Source: Trichoplax sp. H2 (lineage: Eukaryota). From it: a stretch of 64,000 bases of DNA. The stretch's first letter is position 1, and each line of letters opens with the position of its first letter. Where the stretch lies: positions 62,001 to 126,000 of the forward strand of contig NOWV01000145.1 of the NCBI GenBank assembly GCA_003344405.1, written 5' to 3'. The notes under the pieces were generated by a model that had not been told where the DNA came from, searched no databases, and was given only the letters and a program-made list of their open reading frames with translations. A program made the position numbers and the translations under genes. Shown here one piece after another: positions 58,901-64,000 of this stretch.

Positions 58901-61900
58901 GTCGCTCCTACAATACTACCTAACCCTACTACCGACCCTACTACACCAACTACATCAACTATTCCAATACCAACGGATGCTACAACACCAACGAATGCAA
59001 CTACACCAACTAATCCAACTACTTCAACAACATCATCGAATACGCCAACTGCAACCAATGCAACTACAAGTACAACCTCTACTCCAACTTCCAATGAGAC
59101 CGCTACTGATGGCATCTATCAAGTTCCAAATGCAACTTATCTAGTAGAATTTGATATGTCTGTCAGTGTTACTATCCAATTAAGCAATGATACATTTAGA
59201 AACGATTTACAAAATAAATTGGCAGCATTATATGATAGCGCAGCAGCCACACGGGTCAAACGAGCAACATTACCGGTAGCAACCACCGTTGGGGTAATTA
59301 TGACCATCAGTAAAGCTAGCTTTGTAAAATACATTTATATTCTCTATAATATCCGAATAAAATTTAAATATTATAATTATTCACTTGCCACCTAGGTATA
59401 TAACACAAGTAGAAGTGCAACAACTCCGACCAGCGCTTTGATTGTCTTCTATGTTATAAAAAGTCAAGAATTTATTTTAGGAACTACTGCTGCTGCTACT
59501 CTCAATCGAGTTGATAAAACTGTTGCTTCGGCTACACTTCATCGTCCAGTAAGTGATTAAAATAATCCTAGCTCAAGTTTGCGGCTTGTTTAACAGCTTA
59601 GCCAATCGATTTCAATAAGTGTTTTTCTTTCTCAAATGATCAATCGCATTACATCTAATATAAACATATTTTTATTATTACTTTATACATAACATCCAAC
59701 TATAATCCCTCTTGCCACAGGTACTATCTACATTCAGGGCTCTCGTTGCACCGGTGCCTGCTGTTTTTCCTTACTGGATTATTGGTGCTGCAGCAGGGGG
59801 TGTTGTTTTACTTGCACTCGTTGGACTAGTTGTATACTATAAGTGCTATGTTGATTCGGCCAATAAAGAAATAGAAGAAGAATTACAAATGGTTAAGAAA
59901 CCACCGTCAGATCCTAAGGAAGTTGCTAAAGTAAGTGGAAAGAATTCCTTACCTCCAGACCATTGTCATCAATTACTATAATGAAATTTAACCTATTTAA
60001 ATACCGTAATCAGAATTTTATATTTTTATATGCCCATTAGTTATATGGTATTTGTCATGGATGCAGATTGATCTATTGCCTACTTTATCGAAATCATATT
60101 AATGATGTTCTTGATATTTTATTCTATTCAGCTGGAAGAAACAGCTTTTGTCGTTCGACCACCTCCAACTATTGCAGGGGAAACACCACCGCCACCGTCT
60201 TCCTATAGGCCACGAAACAAAATTCGGCCGATGCCAGCTCCACGACGTGATTTACCTATCGATAAATCGGATGATAGTGATTCTGTCGATAGGCCATTAC
60301 CACATCGAAAGCGAGATAGCAGTAGATCAGATGATCAAGAAGAAAATGATATCCGTGAGCGATTACGGACACGTAGATCGCAGCGTGAAATATTTAGGAA
60401 AGCTGTTGTTTCTGAAAAGCCAGAAATTAGATTAATCAGTCGTCGAGAAATTTCGACTAATGCATCGGTTCCAGCGGTTGGGTTACCACCACGAGGTAGA
60501 AATAAGTCTAAATCAACGCCAAACAAAGATGATCATGAATTGGTAAGAGTGGAAGATTTCCAACTTTAGTTTTTACCTTTATGATACCTATAATCCGCGT
60601 GAAAATAGAGTACAATACATCACGTTCTAAATTATCCATATTCTACTTTTATTTTAGGACGAGAAAAAAGTTTTTGAGCATAAATCTGAAGTAGAAAGAT
60701 GGCGCAATAAACAACGACAACGAGATAGAATTAATGCAATTATTGGTAAACAAGAGTTAGCCAAACCAGAAGCAAGCCTACCAGACCCAGAGCAAAAGAA
60801 ATCTTGGAGAAAATCACAAAAAGATATTGGCGCTGTATTAGATCCTGAATCAGCAGCTGCTAAGAGTAAAAGGTAATTCAATGTAATCTTTAAAGCAATA
60901 TTTACTCTTTAGTTATTACCATAACCATGTCACGAATACACCGTACTAAACTGAATCGGTATCTGGATTTAGATTTAAAAACTTTGGCTATCGACAACGC
61001 TATCGAATCGCTCCAGAGCCAGAAGCTGTATCAGCAAGTTCTACACCACACAAGCCAGAGGAAATGAATTTATTACATACGTCGGAGAGGGTTAGTTTAC
61101 AGAGGATAATCATTCGAATATAGATTGAAAAAGCATAATCAATTTGATTTCTATTTTCCTTACTTACTAATACCAATGATTGACATTATTCTAAGCATAA
61201 TTTTTGATTACAACACATAAGGATAACGATCAACCAGATGATACACATCTACCACCAATTAACAGTGATGGTAGTAAAGAACCACAGGATGAAAAGACAA
61301 GAGAGAAAATGCAACATCTTATTTCTGATGCATTGAAATTACTCGGTCCAGATTTTTCTGATACACTAGCAAAGGCATTTGAGGAAAAGATATCCAAAGA
61401 ACAAAGCCCGCAAAATTCTACCCTGAATCAAAGTGAAATACCAACAGCTACACTAGGTAGTTTAGGACGTCAGCAAGAAGGACCACCACAAATTTCACAG
61501 CAGTTCAACAAGCAACAAGAGCCTAAACCGGCTAATACATTCCAACCTATCTTTACCAGTGGACCTAGAACCAATGGTCTATCTAATGTGCCTAAATCGA
61601 GCATGCCACGCTCTTTCATACGTCCAGAACAAAATCAATTTAATAAAGCCCAAGAGGTTACTGCACCAGTGGTTGGTAATCGTATACGCGCACAACAACA
61701 GTTTAATAATCAGCAATATCCATCATTGTATTCCTACTATCCTCAAAATATGTCCATGCCCAATCAACCGATCTATAATCCTATGTTGGCAACGCATCCA
61801 AACATGTTTGGCATGAGGCCGCCATATCGTAAGTCATCGCCTTCTAAGAGATATCTTTCATTCTAGCCGATTACATATCTGTTATCGTTTATATAGCATA

Positions 61901-62928
61901 CATCAATAAATGGATAATAGCTTTAGCAAAAGTAGACACGCCGACATCATTTAGAACCAGTCAATTGTAGCATCCATAGTATTGTGTTAATCTTATTAAG
62001 GATTGAGTGATATCACTTTCAAGTTAGCCTGGCAGTGATCTAATTTTGAACACTACTATTAGTCATTACGGAGAAGAAATGCTCATATGCGTAGATGATC
62101 GAGCTTATCGATAAATGAATTGTTTGATTCCTTCATTTCATAACCATAGAGCTTAAAATAAATATTCCTACTATTATTAAGAGTTGTAATAAGTTTATAG
62201 GAGTGGAAATGTTAATTTTTCATCCTCATCTATTTATTATTAGTTATGGGCTACCAGCCTCAACCGCAACCTCAATATACTGCTATACCAATGACTGATA
62301 GTGGCGAGCAGATGCACGTAACTCCAGTTGTTCAGCAGCCTGATGGAATGGGTGGAATGACTTGGGCACCAGATTATTCAGCTATGCAGAATAATAATCC
62401 ACAATTTTTACCGACCGGACAAAGCAATGTCAATGTAAGCTACCTATTATTACTCGTCTTAATGGAATAATTTCATTTTCAATTAAAGGCATTATCAGCA
62501 ATAGATTTAGTTGAAATTCATTACTTATAAGTGAAATTAAGCAATCAATCCATTTCTAATGAATTTCTATTCTGGTTTAGCCAAATGCATCTTTCCAGGA
62601 CACACCAACAGCAAATCGTCTACCAACGACAAGCAATATAAATCAATCACAACGAACGCCAACATCTTTAGGTGGTCTATCATCACTTGATAGAACAGGA
62701 CCTCGGGCGCAAAAATTGGCAGTAAGAAGTCCAGCAGGATTACAAGCTATGGAACCACTATCCAATACAGTTGATAGTTTTGCCAGTGGTGTATCTTCAC
62801 AAAGCTCTAAACCTTTAATTAGAAGTATTAAAGAAGAATTACTAAAGTTGTCGACAAGAGGCTCTGTTCTATTAGATAACAAAGATACAAGTTCTACTAA
62901 TCTTTTAGATAGCAGCCGCAATATATAA
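55967..62928 (+). CDS. KIAA1549/KIAA1549L (UPF0606, DUF3827) family single-pass membrane protein with a mucin-like Ser/Thr ectodomain
   Basis: Exons 55967-56114 (signal peptide MMIALVYLWIGLCIPHAVVA), 57852-59293, 59396-59548, 59721-59930, 60132-60542, 60658-60872, 60973-61090, 61196-61828, 62244-62434, 62581-62928. It has an S/T/P-rich stalk, a juxtamembrane domain (FRNDLQNKLAALY...RVKRAT...LIVFYV), a TM helix (YWIIGAAAGGVVLLALVGLVVYYKC) and the family motifs FEHKSEVERWRNKQR and C-terminal LIRSIKEELLKLS. Confidence 0.85.
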
Positions 62929-63639
62929 ATTAATTTTCAATTCTCTAAATTATGTATTTATGATACTGATTTTTAAAGTTCATTATTGATGGTCTAATTC
63001 ACGACAATATGTATACTGTGAGAATCGAAACAACAGAATATTTTTAGAATAATTTTCTCATCGATTGAGCATCTTTATTATAAGCGACTTTGTATTTTAA
63101 GATGCTATACTGAATTGAAAACAGATTTCTGTATAAAGTAACCTTTCTCTCTCTCTCTATATATATATAGAAAATAAGTTTAAAATGACAGTACTAATTC
63201 ATTAATTCTGGACCGCCTTAGATTTTTAACGGATATCATTTCCTACATGACAACATTGTACAGTTTATATATAATATTTTGTGTAGAATTGAACCATTAA
63301 TAAGCCAAGAAATAATAATTAATTAATTAATCCTACGTGAAAGGTATTACTGTTAGCTATGTTTAAGAATATTGAGATATATACTTTTAGTTGTATTTAC
63401 TCATTAAAATTGTATTTTATATATATATATATATAATGATCACCCTATGCCGTTGAATGGCATAGAACCATCTACGATGGTTATGCTACCGATTTGAAGC
63501 ATGATACAGTATATACATTTGACAGATATTAATCAAGTTATGCTTGCAGTCATCTATTGAACTAAGAGTATTGCACTAAAAACTATACTCTAATCATACT
63601 TTACAATGTTTCAAATGTAGCACCTAATGTTAACTGTGT

Positions 63640-64000
63640 GATTTCTATCGGCTTGTATTGTGAAATTGGTGAGGATTCTTACCTCGGAGTGTATTGACAA
63701 CGACCACAAACAAGATATAATCATTTTATTTATACATTTCTATTGACTGTTTAGCTCGGAAATTTTATAGGAATGACATTGTATTAAAATGGTAAAACTT
63801 TTAATTTACTTTGTAAAAGCTGTATCCACAGTCGATCTAAGTAGTATATATTTTCCTTTTTTCGGTACGTATAACTCGATTTTACTGAGTTACGAAAAAT
63901 AAATAAAATCGCTTTGACCCATGAATTTACAGTCTAGTAATGGCTATGATGCTAGGAATTGTTTTTAACTTTAAACTACTGTACCTGATGAGTGCAAATG
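63640..64000 (-). other. Possible small exons of a minus-strand gene entering from beyond the window
   Basis: Short segments are bounded by plausible splice sites on the minus strand: ...catcag|gtacag near 63985, tag|atcgactgtggatacagcttttacaaa|gtaaat near 63836-63810, and tag|aaatgt...ccgag|gtaaga near 63739-63683. I recognise no protein. Confidence 0.25.

Noticed and set aside
58593-62921. Antisense and alternative-frame ORFs over the KIAA1549-like exons
   Set aside because: These are shadows of low-complexity coding sequence; the plus-strand spliced frame explains the region.

Overview
AT-rich, intron-dense eukaryotic genomic DNA from an animal with compact introns. A basal metazoan such as a placozoan is my inference and is unverified. 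I reconstructed eight spliced protein-coding genes by hand: the 3' part of an ABCC4/MRP4-like transporter (+), MYG1 (-), polybromo-1/PBRM1 (+), the selenocysteine elongation factor EEFSEC (-), vinculin (+), CSTPP1/C11orf49 (+), an ankyrin-repeat-only protein (+) and a KIAA1549/UPF0606-family membrane protein (+). Both head-to-head intergenic regions carry a homogeneous tandem array: a palindrome-rich ~197-bp unit and a 104-bp unit. Several first introns carry older degenerate arrays. Notable points are a U12-type AT-AC intron in EEFSEC, a GC-AG intron in ABCC4, a PBRM1 with only five visible bromodomains and no HMG box, a short (~834 aa) vinculin, and an AUG-less presequence-like extension on MYG1. 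I saw no CRISPR array, rRNA, tRNA or transposase, and no clearly new multi-gene system.
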